Below are positions 5,990 to 16,119 of a DNA stretch of 32,000 nt, one piece after another. This DNA is from Pseudomonas aeruginosa. Lineage in GTDB: Bacteria; Pseudomonadota; Gammaproteobacteria; Pseudomonadales; Pseudomonadaceae. Each line of letters starts with the position of its first letter. Position 1 is the first letter of the stretch. Made by a program: the position numbers and the translations under genes. Where the stretch lies: assembly GCF_001457615.1 (NCBI RefSeq), contig NZ_LN831024.1, positions 3,600,001-3,632,000 on the forward strand, written 5' to 3'. Below the pieces are notes generated by a model that worked only from the letters and a program-made list of their open reading frames with translations, searched no databases and was not told where the DNA came from.

Positions 5990-8713
5990 TCACGCCTCGC
6001 TCAGCAGTCCCAGGCTTTTACCCTTTAGTACGGCTTGCGTTCTGCTCTTCACACCCAGCTTGGCGAACAGGTTGTGCAGGTGCCACTTGATGGTGGCTTC
6101 CGACAGGTGCACCGCCTGCGCGATATCGCGGTTCGACAAGCCCGCCGCCACCAGCCGCAGGATTTCCCGTTCGCGATGGCTAACATCCTGATTTTCATCG
6201 AAACTTTCCGGGTCCACGGAGAGCTTCCGGCACTGCTCGCGGAGCAGGTCGGCCAGCCCCTGCCAGGCCGCGGCACGCTTGGGCTCCGCTTCCCTCCAGC
6301 TTTCCCACATCGGCAACAGCCACAACGCGTCGTCCTGGAACAGCCGGCGGTAGCCGAGATTCCAGGCTTCCTCGAGCGTGGCGAGGAACAGGCCGATGGC
6401 TTTTTCGCTGTTACCTTTCTGCCAATACGCCACAGAAAGTAACAAGGACAAACGCAGCCGCCGATCCCTCTGGTAAGCGGAAGAGTAGCCGGCCAGACAG
6501 CTTTCCAGCTTGCTCTGCGCGCGTTCCGCGTGACGCTCGGACAATGCCAGCCGAGCCTCCGCCAGGACCAGGGCGGTCTGTGCGTCGGCATGCCGCTCGC
6601 CGGAGAGCCCGGCAAGATGCCGCTCCAGTTGCAGGCAGACCCGTTCGGCTTCGTTCGGACGGCGCAGCCACAGCAGGAACTGCACCTTGCAGCTCATGGC
6701 GTGAGCATAGACACGCTCGTAGCCGGGCGAGAGCAGACCGCTCAGCCATTCGTCGAGTTGCGCCAGCCCCTGCTCGGCGGCGCCGGAGAAGAAGCGCGCC
6801 TTGGCCATGACCAACTGGCCGCGACTGAGCAGTTCCACCGGCGTCGCGACATCCCGCCAGACCGTCGCCAGCGGTAGTTCGGCGAGCACGCCGGCATGCC
6901 GGTCCTGCTCGTAGAGCAGGTCGGCATAGGCCAGCGACAAGGGTCCGCCGACCCGGCTGCGCCGGCCGAATACCTGCTCGACCCGGTTGCGCGCCGACTC
7001 GGCGATCGCCCTGCCCCGCTCCAGGTCGCCACTCTCCTTGCAGATCAGGGATTCGATCAGGCTGGTCACCACCTGCAGGTACTCGCTGTCGGCGACTTTC
7101 AGGTCCTCCCGCGCGGAACCGATGGCGCCGGCGGCCTCGGCGTAGTCGCCGAGCAGCGCATGCGCCGAAGCCTGCACGCAGAGCAGGCTGGCGCGGAACA
7201 CCGGCTGGTTGCTCGGGACCATGGACAGCCAGTGACGGGCGACCTTCAGGCAGGCTTCGAGCTTGTCCTGGTAGAGCAACACCAGGGCCTTGAGCACCTG
7301 GGCGGCGGCGAGCAACTCGCCGAGCCCGAAGTGCATGACCTTGCCGCGCCCCTGCAAGAGGCGGTGGCTGACCTCCTCGATCAACGCCTCGGCCTCGGCG
7401 AAGCGTTGCTCGAACGCCAGTTGCCAGGCGTAGAAGATCTGGAACACCGGATGCTCGCGGATCACCTCGGCGGGAATGCCGTTGAGCATGCCGAGGATGC
7501 CGTACACCCGGTTACCGGCGATCAGGCGCGCGCCCTGGCGCTCCAGCAACTCGGCGGCGAACAGGTAGTCGCGGGCGCGAAGGGCGTACTTGATCGCCCG
7601 GTCGGCCAGGTCGCGCCCCTCGCACCAGCGCGCCGCCGCATGCAGCAACGGGGTCGGATCGGCATGCCGGGACAGCCGCCCCTGGAGGAACTCGGCGAAC
7701 AGATGGTGGTAGCGGAACCATTCGCGCTGGTCGTCCAGGGCGATGACGAACAACTGCTCGTTCTGCAGGCGCATGAGCATGTCCAGGCCGTCGCGACGCC
7801 CGGTCAGCGCATTGCACAGTTCCGCATTGAACTCATCGAGCACCGAGGTCTGGTCGAGGAACAGCTGCAGGTCGGCGGGCAGGCTGGCCAGCACGTCTTC
7901 CGCCAGGTAGTCGGCGATGTTCCGTTCGGTCCCGGAGAGCCCGCGGAGGAAACCTTCCCGGTCGGTATTGCGACTGAGGGCCAGGGCCGCCAGGTGCAAC
8001 GCCGTGATCCAGCCTTCGGTGCGCTTGAACAGCAGCTTCAGCTCGCGCTCGCCCAGCTCCAGCCCCTTGAGGTCGAGGAGAAACGCATCGCTCTCCTCGC
8101 GCGAAAGTCGCAGGTCTTCCGCGCTCAGGCAGAAGGTCCAGGGCTTGAGGGTCGGCTCGTCGACCAGGAAGCGCGGGCGGAAGCGGGTCGAGGCCACCAC
8201 CCGCACGTGATCGGGCAGGTTCTCGATCAGGTAGCGAACCCCATGCGGCAAGGCGGCGTGGCGGATGCGGTGGAAATCGTCGAGGAACAGGTACAAGGAG
8301 CCTTCCAGGCGACGCAGGTCGGCGAGGAAGGCATCCAGGATACCCTCCAGCGGCACCGCGACGTCGGTGCCGAGCAGATTGGCGGTATTGCCGCCGAATG
8401 CCGGGACCACTCGCTGGATGCTCGCCAGCAGGTACTGGATCAGACGCTGCGGTTCGCTGTCGGTCTCGTCGCAGGACAACCATGCCACCGCCGCGCCCTG
8501 CTCCAGCAGGCGCAGGCGCAACTGGCAGAGGATGGTGCTCTTGCCGAAGCCGGCCGGCGCGCTGAGCACCATCGCGCGTCGCCCGCGGGCCTCGTACAGG
8601 CGGTCGATCAGCGCCTGGCGGGGCAGCAGCGGCAGCCCTCCGGCGCCTGGCGGGAACAGCTTGGTCTGCAACAGCGGAATGGTGCTGGCGGGAACACCGT
8701 CGCGATGGCCCAT
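5990..8713 (-). CDS. MalT-like large ATP-binding LuxR-family (LAL/STAND) transcriptional regulator, copy 2
   Basis: Start ATG at 8713 (MGHRDGVPASTIPLLQTKLFPP...), 2 nt after the upstream stop. Walker A SAPAGFGKS; Walker B YLFLDDFH; long helical/TPR-like middle region; C-terminal LuxR HTH REREILRLVAAGLSNRDIAQAVHLSEATIKWHLHNLFAKLGV. The track's 1570-aa ORF is a read-through artefact. Confidence 0.85.
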   Translation of the reverse strand: MGHRDGVPASTIPLLQTKLFPPGAGGLPLLPRQALIDRLYEARGRRAMVLSAPAGFGKSTILCQLRLRLLEQGAAVAWLSCDETDSEPQRLIQYLLASIQRVVPAFGGNTANLLGTDVAVPLEGILDAFLADLRRLEGSLYLFLDDFHRIRHAALPHGVRYLIENLPDHVRVVASTRFRPRFLVDEPTLKPWTFCLSAEDLRLSREESDAFLLDLKGLELGERELKLLFKRTEGWITALHLAALALSRNTDREGFLRGLSGTERNIADYLAEDVLASLPADLQLFLDQTSVLDEFNAELCNALTGRRDGLDMLMRLQNEQLFVIALDDQREWFRYHHLFAEFLQGRLSRHADPTPLLHAAARWCEGRDLADRAIKYALRARDYLFAAELLERQGARLIAGNRVYGILGMLNGIPAEVIREHPVFQIFYAWQLAFEQRFAEAEALIEEVSHRLLQGRGKVMHFGLGELLAAAQVLKALVLLYQDKLEACLKVARHWLSMVPSNQPVFRASLLCVQASAHALLGDYAEAAGAIGSAREDLKVADSEYLQVVTSLIESLICKESGDLERGRAIAESARNRVEQVFGRRSRVGGPLSLAYADLLYEQDRHAGVLAELPLATVWRDVATPVELLSRGQLVMAKARFFSGAAEQGLAQLDEWLSGLLSPGYERVYAHAMSCKVQFLLWLRRPNEAERVCLQLERHLAGLSGERHADAQTALVLAEARLALSERHAERAQSKLESCLAGYSSAYQRDRRLRLSLLLSVAYWQKGNSEKAIGLFLATLEEAWNLGYRRLFQDDALWLLPMWESWREAEPKRAAAWQGLADLLREQCRKLSVDPESFDENQDVSHREREILRLVAAGLSNRDIAQAVHLSEATIKWHLHNLFAKLGVKSRTQAVLKGKSLGLLSEA

Positions 8714-8715
8714 GG

Positions 8716-11484
8716 TCAGAGCAGGCTCAGCTCGCGGGCTCGCCGGATCGCCTGGGTGCGATTGCGCACCTTGAGCTTTTCGTAGATGTTGTGCAGATGC
8801 CATTTGACGGTCCCCAGGGCCAGCGACAGGCGCTGGCCGATTTCTTCGTTGGATAGGCCCTGTGCGGCCAGGCAGACCACTTCGCGCTCGCGCTCCGTCA
8901 GGCCTTCCTCGAGCGCATCCTGGGGCTTGCGCACGCCCTGCCCGGGCCAGATGCCGAGCAGGCCGCGAATGAAGGTCTGTAGCGCCGGCTGGCGCTCGGT
9001 GGATTCGAGTTGCTGGAGCAACTGGCGAATGCCGTCGCCTTCCTCGATGAAGAGGCTGCGCACCCCTTCCCGTTCGGCATTGATCAGGCATTCGCCGAGC
9101 AGGCTGTTGGCCCGTTCCTGGTAGCCCAGGCGCTGATAGCTGAGCGCCGCCAGGATATCCAGGCGCAGGCGCTGCAGGCCATGCCAACCGGGCTGCAAGG
9201 TGCCGCGCAACTGAGTGATCTCGTGCAGCGCCTCGCTGAAATGTCCTCGCCCCTGCAACAGGCGCACGCGGCTCACACCCAGCGACCAGTTGACCGGGTT
9301 GAAGGCCATGTTGCGGTAGTGTGCCGCCATCTTGTTCCAGTCCACGCTCTTCAACCGCTGCTCGGCGCGCTTCAGGCGGTCGGGGCCGCTGTCCTGGAGG
9401 ATCAGGTTGATCTCTTCGGCCATGGCCTGGGCGAAGAAGCGCCACGACTGATTGCGCGAGGCCAGGGCCTGCATCGCCGCCAGGCTGGCCAGCGCCTCCT
9501 TCGGCCGTCCCAGCAGGCGCTGGGTGCGCGCCAGGCAGATCTGTCCCTGGGCATAGAAATCGATCGGATTGATCACATCCACATGCCCGAGCGCCCAGCC
9601 CAGGCGCTCTTCCAGCCCGTCCAGCTCGATCCTGTAGTAGGCGGTCAGGGCCTCGGTGATGGTCGGCAGCGCCAGCGCGCTCCTGGACTTCTCGAACAGC
9701 GGCCGGGCGCGCTGGCGGAGCCGCTCGATGAGCAGTTGCGCCTGTTTCACCTGGCCCTGCTCGAGTGCGAGGATCACCTCGACGTTGGCCAGTTGCATGT
9801 CCAGGTAGCGCCCTTCGAGGAAATGATTGCGCTGCTGCGCCAGCCCCAGCAGGCGCCGCGCCTGGTCGCCCTGGCCACGGACCACCTGGGCCAGCGCGGC
9901 AGTGATCAACACCGCCACTTCGAGGAAGGCAGCGTTCTGCCCGAGCTGGACTTCGACCCGGCGAGCCAGGGCGATGCACAGTTCCAGATCGTCCTTCTGC
10001 AACGCCACCACCGCCTTCACCGCCAGCGCGGAGAGGTACTGGTCGCCCATCGGCCCGTCGCCGCGGCTCTCCCCCCAGCGCGCCAGCAGTTCGTCGATGA
10101 TCCGGTTGGCCTCGCCCAGGCTGAGGTCGCTGGCCCGCGACCAGACATCGGTAAGGACCAGGATCGGATAGCGCTCGGCGATTTCGTCCGGCACATGCTT
10201 GCGCCAACGGTAGATCAGGCTGAGCTGGCCGCGGTTGATCAGCTCCAGTCCGCATCCGTCGACCAGCGCGGCGATCATCTCCGGGTCTTCCGCCGCACAG
10301 GCATGCTCGATGGCGAACGTCGGCATGTGGTGGTTGGTGAACCACAGGCTGGCGTTGAAATGCAGTTGCTTGAAACGGTCCGGATCGGAGTCGCGCAGGC
10401 GGTTGCGGAGGAAGTCGGCGAACAGCAGGTGGAAGCGATACCACTGGCGTTCGCGATCCAGCGGCAGGAGGAACAATTGCATGGACTCCAGGCGCTCCAG
10501 CAGCGCCTGGCCGTCCTGGCGCCCGGTCAGGGCGTTGGCCAGGTCGCCGCTCAATTGGCTGGCAACGCCAAGGGCCAGCAGCGCTTCCTGCAGGTCGCCA
10601 GGCAAGCGTTCGAAGACCGCCGCCAGCAGATAGGCGCTGACCGCCTGCTTGTCGCCGTCGAGCAGGGCCATTTCCTGCACCTGCGGTTGCTGGCGCAGCC
10701 ACAGGCTGACGAGATGCACGCCCACCACCCAGCCTTCGGTCTGGCCATAGAGCGCCTTCAGGCAGGGCTCGTCCAGATAGAGACCGCTGCGCTCGAGGTA
10801 TTCGCGGGTTTCCTCGAAGCCGAGGCGCAGCTCCTCGAGGCCGATTTCCAGCAACAGTCCCTTGGCCCGCCAGGTAGCCAGGCTCAGCGCCGGCTGCGAA
10901 CGCGTGCCCAGGGCCAGGACCAGCCCGGGCGGTGCGTACTGCACCAGGCGGTTGAGGCCGGTGAAGATGTCCGGGTTGCTAACCAGGTGCAGGTCGTCCA
11001 GCACCAGCAGCAACGGCCGCGCATAGCGATCGAGATCGCCGAGCAGGCTTTCGATCACCGCCACCACCGGGACCCGCATGGTGTTCTGCAGGTAGGTCTG
11101 GGCGTCGTCGCCAAGCTGCGGCACGGCTTCGCCCAGCGCCTCGATCAGCTGCCGGCAGAAACGGGCGGGGTCGTCGTCTTCTTCGGCAAGCGAGAGCCAG
11201 GCCACCGCCTGGTCTGCTACAGTGCGCTCCCTGGCCAGGGCGGCGAGCGCGCAGGTCTTGCCGAAGCCGGCAGGTGCGGAAAACATCAGAACGCGTGAAT
11301 GGGGATTGCGATCCAGCAGGTTGCGGATCGCGGGGCGAAGAGAATATTCGGCTGGCACCTGAGGCGGCACTATTCTGGAGCGCGAAAGGCTGCCGGCTGC
11401 TGGATCCTGTACTGCATCCACGGCCTGTATCCCTGTGTCATTATCATTGTGGTACGGAGCCAAATCTCCGTGGGATATTTCCAT
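8716..11484 (-). CDS. MalT-like large ATP-binding LuxR-family (LAL/STAND) transcriptional regulator, copy 1
   Basis: Walker A SAPAGFGKT; Walker B LLVLDDLH; TEGWVVGVHL arm motif; C-terminal LuxR HTH REREVVCLAAQGLSNEEIGQRLSLALGTVKWHLHNIYEKLKV. The exact start is less certain because there is no clear SD at 11484. Confidence 0.85.
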   Translation of the reverse strand: MEISHGDLAPYHNDNDTGIQAVDAVQDPAAGSLSRSRIVPPQVPAEYSLRPAIRNLLDRNPHSRVLMFSAPAGFGKTCALAALARERTVADQAVAWLSLAEEDDDPARFCRQLIEALGEAVPQLGDDAQTYLQNTMRVPVVAVIESLLGDLDRYARPLLLVLDDLHLVSNPDIFTGLNRLVQYAPPGLVLALGTRSQPALSLATWRAKGLLLEIGLEELRLGFEETREYLERSGLYLDEPCLKALYGQTEGWVVGVHLVSLWLRQQPQVQEMALLDGDKQAVSAYLLAAVFERLPGDLQEALLALGVASQLSGDLANALTGRQDGQALLERLESMQLFLLPLDRERQWYRFHLLFADFLRNRLRDSDPDRFKQLHFNASLWFTNHHMPTFAIEHACAAEDPEMIAALVDGCGLELINRGQLSLIYRWRKHVPDEIAERYPILVLTDVWSRASDLSLGEANRIIDELLARWGESRGDGPMGDQYLSALAVKAVVALQKDDLELCIALARRVEVQLGQNAAFLEVAVLITAALAQVVRGQGDQARRLLGLAQQRNHFLEGRYLDMQLANVEVILALEQGQVKQAQLLIERLRQRARPLFEKSRSALALPTITEALTAYYRIELDGLEERLGWALGHVDVINPIDFYAQGQICLARTQRLLGRPKEALASLAAMQALASRNQSWRFFAQAMAEEINLILQDSGPDRLKRAEQRLKSVDWNKMAAHYRNMAFNPVNWSLGVSRVRLLQGRGHFSEALHEITQLRGTLQPGWHGLQRLRLDILAALSYQRLGYQERANSLLGECLINAEREGVRSLFIEEGDGIRQLLQQLESTERQPALQTFIRGLLGIWPGQGVRKPQDALEEGLTEREREVVCLAAQGLSNEEIGQRLSLALGTVKWHLHNIYEKLKVRNRTQAIRRARELSLL

Positions 11485-11585
11485 AATTAGCAGATCACCC
11501 TTCTTACGTAAACTGAAGAAATGGCTCTAGGATCGACGATTCCGGCGAACTAGAATTCCTGACTGTCCCACTACCCCCACTTTCC

Positions 11586-12947
11586 ATGCCCAGTTGTCAT
11601 GTTCACCCCCTGCCCTACCATAGCGACCCAAGCTGTCTCTTTGCCATCATCCATGAGGCGCCCGGTGCGGTGATGCTCGATTCGGGTCGCCCCATCGCTA
11701 CCCGTGGACGCTATGACCTTATGAGCGCCTGGCCATTGGCAGAACTGGCGCCGCTGCCCGACGAATCGGCCAACCGCTTCTTCGCCCGCCTACGCGAAGC
11801 GGCCGGAAGCCTGGGCCCCGCGCAGCTGCCAGCGCCGTACGAACTGCCCTTCGCCGGCGGTCTGCTGGGCTATTTATCCTACGACCTGGGTCGGCGCATC
11901 GAGCGCATCGGCGAACACGCCCGCGATGACCTGGGCCTGCCGCTGGCCTCCGTCGGCCTGTATGCCTGGGCGCTGATCAGCGACCACCAGGCCGGCACCA
12001 GCCAACTGGTATTCCACCCGCGATTGGACGAGCGCGAACGCCAGCGCCTGATCGCCCTGTTCAGCGAGGAAGCGCAAGGCGCGGCCGGCAACTTCAAGCT
12101 TCTGGGAAAATTCCGACGGAGCATCAGCGCATCCGACTATCGGCAGGCGATCCGCCGCATCCAGGACTACATCCAGGCAGGCGACTGCTACCAGGTGAAC
12201 TATAGCCAGCGCTTCCAGGCCGCTTGCAGCGGCTCGCCGTGGCCGGCCTATCGCGCCCTGCGCGAGGCCTGCCCGACGCCGTTCTCCGGCTACCTGCGAC
12301 TGGCCGACGGCGCGATCCTCAGCCTGTCGCCGGAGCGCTTCCTCAAGCTCGGCAAGGGCAAGGTGGAAACCCGGCCGATCAAGGGCACCCGCCCGCGCGG
12401 CAAGACGCCCGAGGAGGACATGGCGCTGGCGGCGTCGCTGCTGGCCAGCCCCAAGGACCGCGCGGAAAACCTGATGATCGTCGACCTGCTGCGCAACGAC
12501 ATCGGACGCAGTTGCCAACCTGGCAGCGTACGGGTACCGGAGCTGTTTGCCCTGGAAAGCTATCCCAACGTGCATCACCTGGTGAGCAGCGTCACCGGCG
12601 AACTGGCGCCGGGCAAGGACGCCCTCGACCTGCTGGAAGGCAGCTTCCCCGGCGGCTCGATCACCGGCGCGCCGAAGATTCGCGCCATGCAGATCATCGA
12701 CGAGCTGGAACCGAGCCGACGCGGCATCTACTGCGGCAGCCTGTTCTACCTCGACGTGCGCGGCGAGATGGACAGCTCGATCGCCATCCGCACCCTGCTG
12801 GTCAGGGACGGCCAGGTCAGTTGCTGGGGCGGCGGCGGCATCGTCGCCGACTCGCACTGGGAGGACGAGTACCAGGAAACCCTGGACAAGGTCCGGGTGC
12901 TGCTGGAAACCCTGGAAGGAATGGCCGGGACAGCGTCCCCGGAATAG
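11586..12947 (+). CDS. pabB: Aminodeoxychorismate synthase component I
   Basis: Chorismate-binding enzyme motifs SPERFLK, ETRPIKGTRPRG, DRAENLMIVDLLRNDIGR, FPGGSITGAPKIRAMQIIDELE, RGIYCGS. There is no TrpE-type N-terminal feedback motif. The position next to thrH/cysH is as I recall for PAO1. Confidence 0.85.
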   Translation: MPSCHVHPLPYHSDPSCLFAIIHEAPGAVMLDSGRPIATRGRYDLMSAWPLAELAPLPDESANRFFARLREAAGSLGPAQLPAPYELPFAGGLLGYLSYDLGRRIERIGEHARDDLGLPLASVGLYAWALISDHQAGTSQLVFHPRLDERERQRLIALFSEEAQGAAGNFKLLGKFRRSISASDYRQAIRRIQDYIQAGDCYQVNYSQRFQAACSGSPWPAYRALREACPTPFSGYLRLADGAILSLSPERFLKLGKGKVETRPIKGTRPRGKTPEEDMALAASLLASPKDRAENLMIVDLLRNDIGRSCQPGSVRVPELFALESYPNVHHLVSSVTGELAPGKDALDLLEGSFPGGSITGAPKIRAMQIIDELEPSRRGIYCGSLFYLDVRGEMDSSIAIRTLLVRDGQVSCWGGGGIVADSHWEDEYQETLDKVRVLLETLEGMAGTASPE

Positions 12948-12948
12948 A

Positions 12949-12975
12949 AAAGAGCCCGCGTTCCGCGGGCTCTTT
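12949..12975. terminator. Bidirectional rho-independent terminator (pabB / thrH convergent)
   Basis: AAAGAGCCCGCG / CGCGGGCTCTTT form a 10-12 bp stem with a short loop. An A-run lies on one side and a T-run on the other. Confidence 0.7.
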
Positions 12976-12989
12976 CATCGGCGGCGCGG

Positions 12990-13607
12990 CTACAGGCTCA
13001 GCGAACGGCTGGAAGCCTTGAGGAACTCGCGCTTGAGGTCTTCGTAGGTATGCACCGCGGGGAACTGGGGAAACTCGCGGATCACGTTTTCCGGGGCATG
13101 GAACAGGATGCCGGCGTGGGCCTCGGAAAGCATGGTGGTGTCGTTGTAGGAATCGCCGGCGGCGATCACCCGATAGTAGAGGCTCTTGAAGGCGATCACC
13201 GACTGCCGCTTGGGATCCTTCTGGCGCAATTGATAGCCGACCACCCGGTCGCTGTCGTCGATCTCCAGCTTGTGGCACAACAGGGTCGGGAAGCCCAGCT
13301 GGCGCATCAGCGGCTGGGAGAACTCGTAGAAGGTGTCGGAGAGAATCACCACCTGGAAGCGCTCGCGCAGCCAGTCGACGAATTCCACCGCCCCCTCCAG
13401 CGGCTTCAGGGTAGCGATCACCTCCTGGATGTCGCCCAGCTTCAGACCATGTTCGTCGAGGATGCGCAGGCGCTGCTTCATCAGCACGTCGTAGTCCGGA
13501 ATGTCCCGGGTGGTCGCCTTCAAGGCGTCGATACCGGTTTTTTCCGCGAACGCGATCCAGATTTCCGGAACCAGCACGCCTTCCAGGTCAAGACAGGCAA
13601 TTTCCAC
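12990..13607 (-). CDS. thrH: HAD-family phosphoserine phosphatase / homoserine kinase ThrH (205 aa)
   Basis: GTG start at 13607 preceded by AGGAG. The N-terminus (M)EIACLDLEGVLVPEIW carries the HAD DxD-type motif, and the C-terminal GDSYNDTTML is HAD motif III. The track's 231-aa ORF overextends upstream. Confidence 0.85.
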   Translation of the reverse strand: MEIACLDLEGVLVPEIWIAFAEKTGIDALKATTRDIPDYDVLMKQRLRILDEHGLKLGDIQEVIATLKPLEGAVEFVDWLRERFQVVILSDTFYEFSQPLMRQLGFPTLLCHKLEIDDSDRVVGYQLRQKDPKRQSVIAFKSLYYRVIAAGDSYNDTTMLSEAHAGILFHAPENVIREFPQFPAVHTYEDLKREFLKASSRSLSL

Positions 13608-13741
13608 AGGACTCTCCTCGAAATTCTCTGAACGATGGGGTGACGACGGACGCGGCACTCTAGCCCCTCGCCGAGGGCAAGGCAACGCCGGCTTATTCCT
13701 GGAATCAAGGTCGACAGGGGTAAATGGTTATTTAGGGCCAT

Positions 13742-14545
13742 ATGCCGCCCTTTGCTACCATTCCCGCCACAGAGCGCAACAGCGCCGCCCAGCACCAGGA
13801 CCCCAGCCCGATGAGCCAGCCTTTCGACCTTCCCGCCCTCGCCTCCAGCCTTGCCGACAAATCCCCCCAGGACATCCTGAAAGCCGCCTTCGAGCACTTC
13901 GGCGACGAGCTGTGGATCTCCTTCAGCGGCGCCGAGGACGTCGTCCTGGTAGACATGGCCTGGAAGCTCAACCGCAACGTGAAGGTGTTCAGCCTCGACA
14001 CCGGTCGCCTGCACCCGGAAACCTATCGTTTCATCGACCAGGTCCGCGAACACTACGGCATCGCCATCGACGTGCTTTCCCCCGACCCGCGCCTGCTCGA
14101 ACCCCTGGTGAAGGAAAAGGGCCTGTTCAGCTTCTACCGGGACGGCCACGGCGAGTGCTGCGGCATCCGCAAGATCGAACCGCTCAAGCGCAAGCTCGCC
14201 GGCGTGCGCGCCTGGGCCACCGGCCAACGCCGCGACCAGAGCCCCGGCACGCGCAGCCAGGTGGCGGTGCTGGAAATCGACGGTGCCTTTTCCACGCCGG
14301 AAAAGCCGCTGTACAAATTCAACCCGCTGTCGTCCATGACCAGCGAGGAGGTCTGGGGCTATATCCGCATGCTCGAACTGCCCTACAACAGCCTGCACGA
14401 ACGCGGCTATATCAGCATCGGCTGCGAACCCTGCACCCGTCCGGTGCTGCCCAACCAGCACGAGCGCGAGGGCCGCTGGTGGTGGGAGGAAGCCACCCAC
14501 AAGGAGTGCGGGCTGCACGCCGGCAACCTGATCAGCAAGGCCTGA
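13742..14545 (+). CDS. cysH: Assimilatory APS/PAPS reductase (Fe-S type)
   Basis: PAPS-reductase fold ([20 protein letters not shown]). Cys pairs ECCGIRK and GCEPCT are typical of the [4Fe-4S] APS-reductase subgroup. C-terminal KECGLH active-site motif. Confidence 0.9.
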   Translation: MPPFATIPATERNSAAQHQDPSPMSQPFDLPALASSLADKSPQDILKAAFEHFGDELWISFSGAEDVVLVDMAWKLNRNVKVFSLDTGRLHPETYRFIDQVREHYGIAIDVLSPDPRLLEPLVKEKGLFSFYRDGHGECCGIRKIEPLKRKLAGVRAWATGQRRDQSPGTRSQVAVLEIDGAFSTPEKPLYKFNPLSSMTSEEVWGYIRMLELPYNSLHERGYISIGCEPCTRPVLPNQHEREGRWWWEEATHKECGLHAGNLISKA

Positions 14546-14609
14546 AACCGTCGATAGAGCGTATGCAATCGGGGTAAAGTGCGGGTCGAACCCCGAGCGG
14601 AGACCCAGC

Positions 14610-14957
14610 ATGCGCATCACCATGGTCAAGAAAGTCCTCGCCAACGGCGAGGACTGCCGCAAGTGCAAGGAAGTCCGGCAACGCCTGGAACAAGGCGGCT
14701 ACCTGCCGCGCATCCATCGCACCCTGGTGGCCGACGAACGCGACCCGAACAGCGCAGGCTGGATGGTCGCCGCCCAATATGGCGTAGAGACCGCGCCGTT
14801 CTTCGTGGTTCGCCACGACGACGGGCGCGAACAGGTCTACACCGTGTTCATGAGCTTCCTCCATGAAGTCCTCGAACCGCGAGCCGAGCAGTCCGCGGAC
14901 GCTGATCGCGAAGCGCTGGCCAGGCTGGCCGGTCGCGACAATCTCGACATGCTCTGA
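14610..14957 (+). CDS. Small thioredoxin-fold (glutaredoxin-like) protein with CRKC motif
   Basis: SD GGAGA upstream. A beta-strand (ITMV) followed by C-x-x-C (DCRKCKEV), then TAPFFVV (cis-Pro region) and QVYTV, fits a Trx/Grx fold. It starts 64 nt downstream of cysH on the same strand. Confidence 0.65.
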   Translation: MRITMVKKVLANGEDCRKCKEVRQRLEQGGYLPRIHRTLVADERDPNSAGWMVAAQYGVETAPFFVVRHDDGREQVYTVFMSFLHEVLEPRAEQSADADREALARLAGRDNLDML

Positions 14958-14965
14958 GGGCCAGC

Positions 14966-15002
14966 CATGAAAAAGCCCGGCACCAGGCCGGGCTTTTTCA
15001 TG
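14966..15002. terminator. Bidirectional rho-independent terminator (convergent with cysB)
   Basis: Perfect 15-bp inverted repeat CATGAAAAAGCCCGG / CCGGGCTTTTTCATG with a 7-nt loop. Confidence 0.8.
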
Positions 15003-15013
15003 GGCCGAGGCGA

Positions 15014-16057
<1,044 letters not shown>

Positions 16058-16119
16058 TGAGGAATAAAATTAGACGTTTTTTTTGATTTTGCACGCTTTT
16101 TCACCAGCCGACCGCTGGC

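Noticed and set aside
5990-10702. 1570-aa ORF in the track that would be a giant protein
   Set aside because: Only its C-terminal 907 aa (from ATG 8713) look like a protein, a MalT-like regulator. The N-terminal 660 aa are Arg/Pro/Ala/Gly-rich low-complexity sequence, read in an alternative frame through the upstream paralogue (8716-11484). This is a typical open-frame artefact of high-GC DNA.
6896-11298. 629-aa and 762-aa plus-strand ORFs antisense to the two regulators
   Set aside because: Same shadow-ORF pattern: no start context, no domain motifs, and a composition typical of antisense frames.
596-11484. Whether the left-hand cluster is a horizontally acquired island
   Set aside because: By eye, GC content and codon bias match the rest of the window. 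There is no flanking tRNA, integrase, transposase or direct repeat. I therefore treat it as a resident, if accessory-looking, locus; a quantitative GC/codon analysis was not possible.
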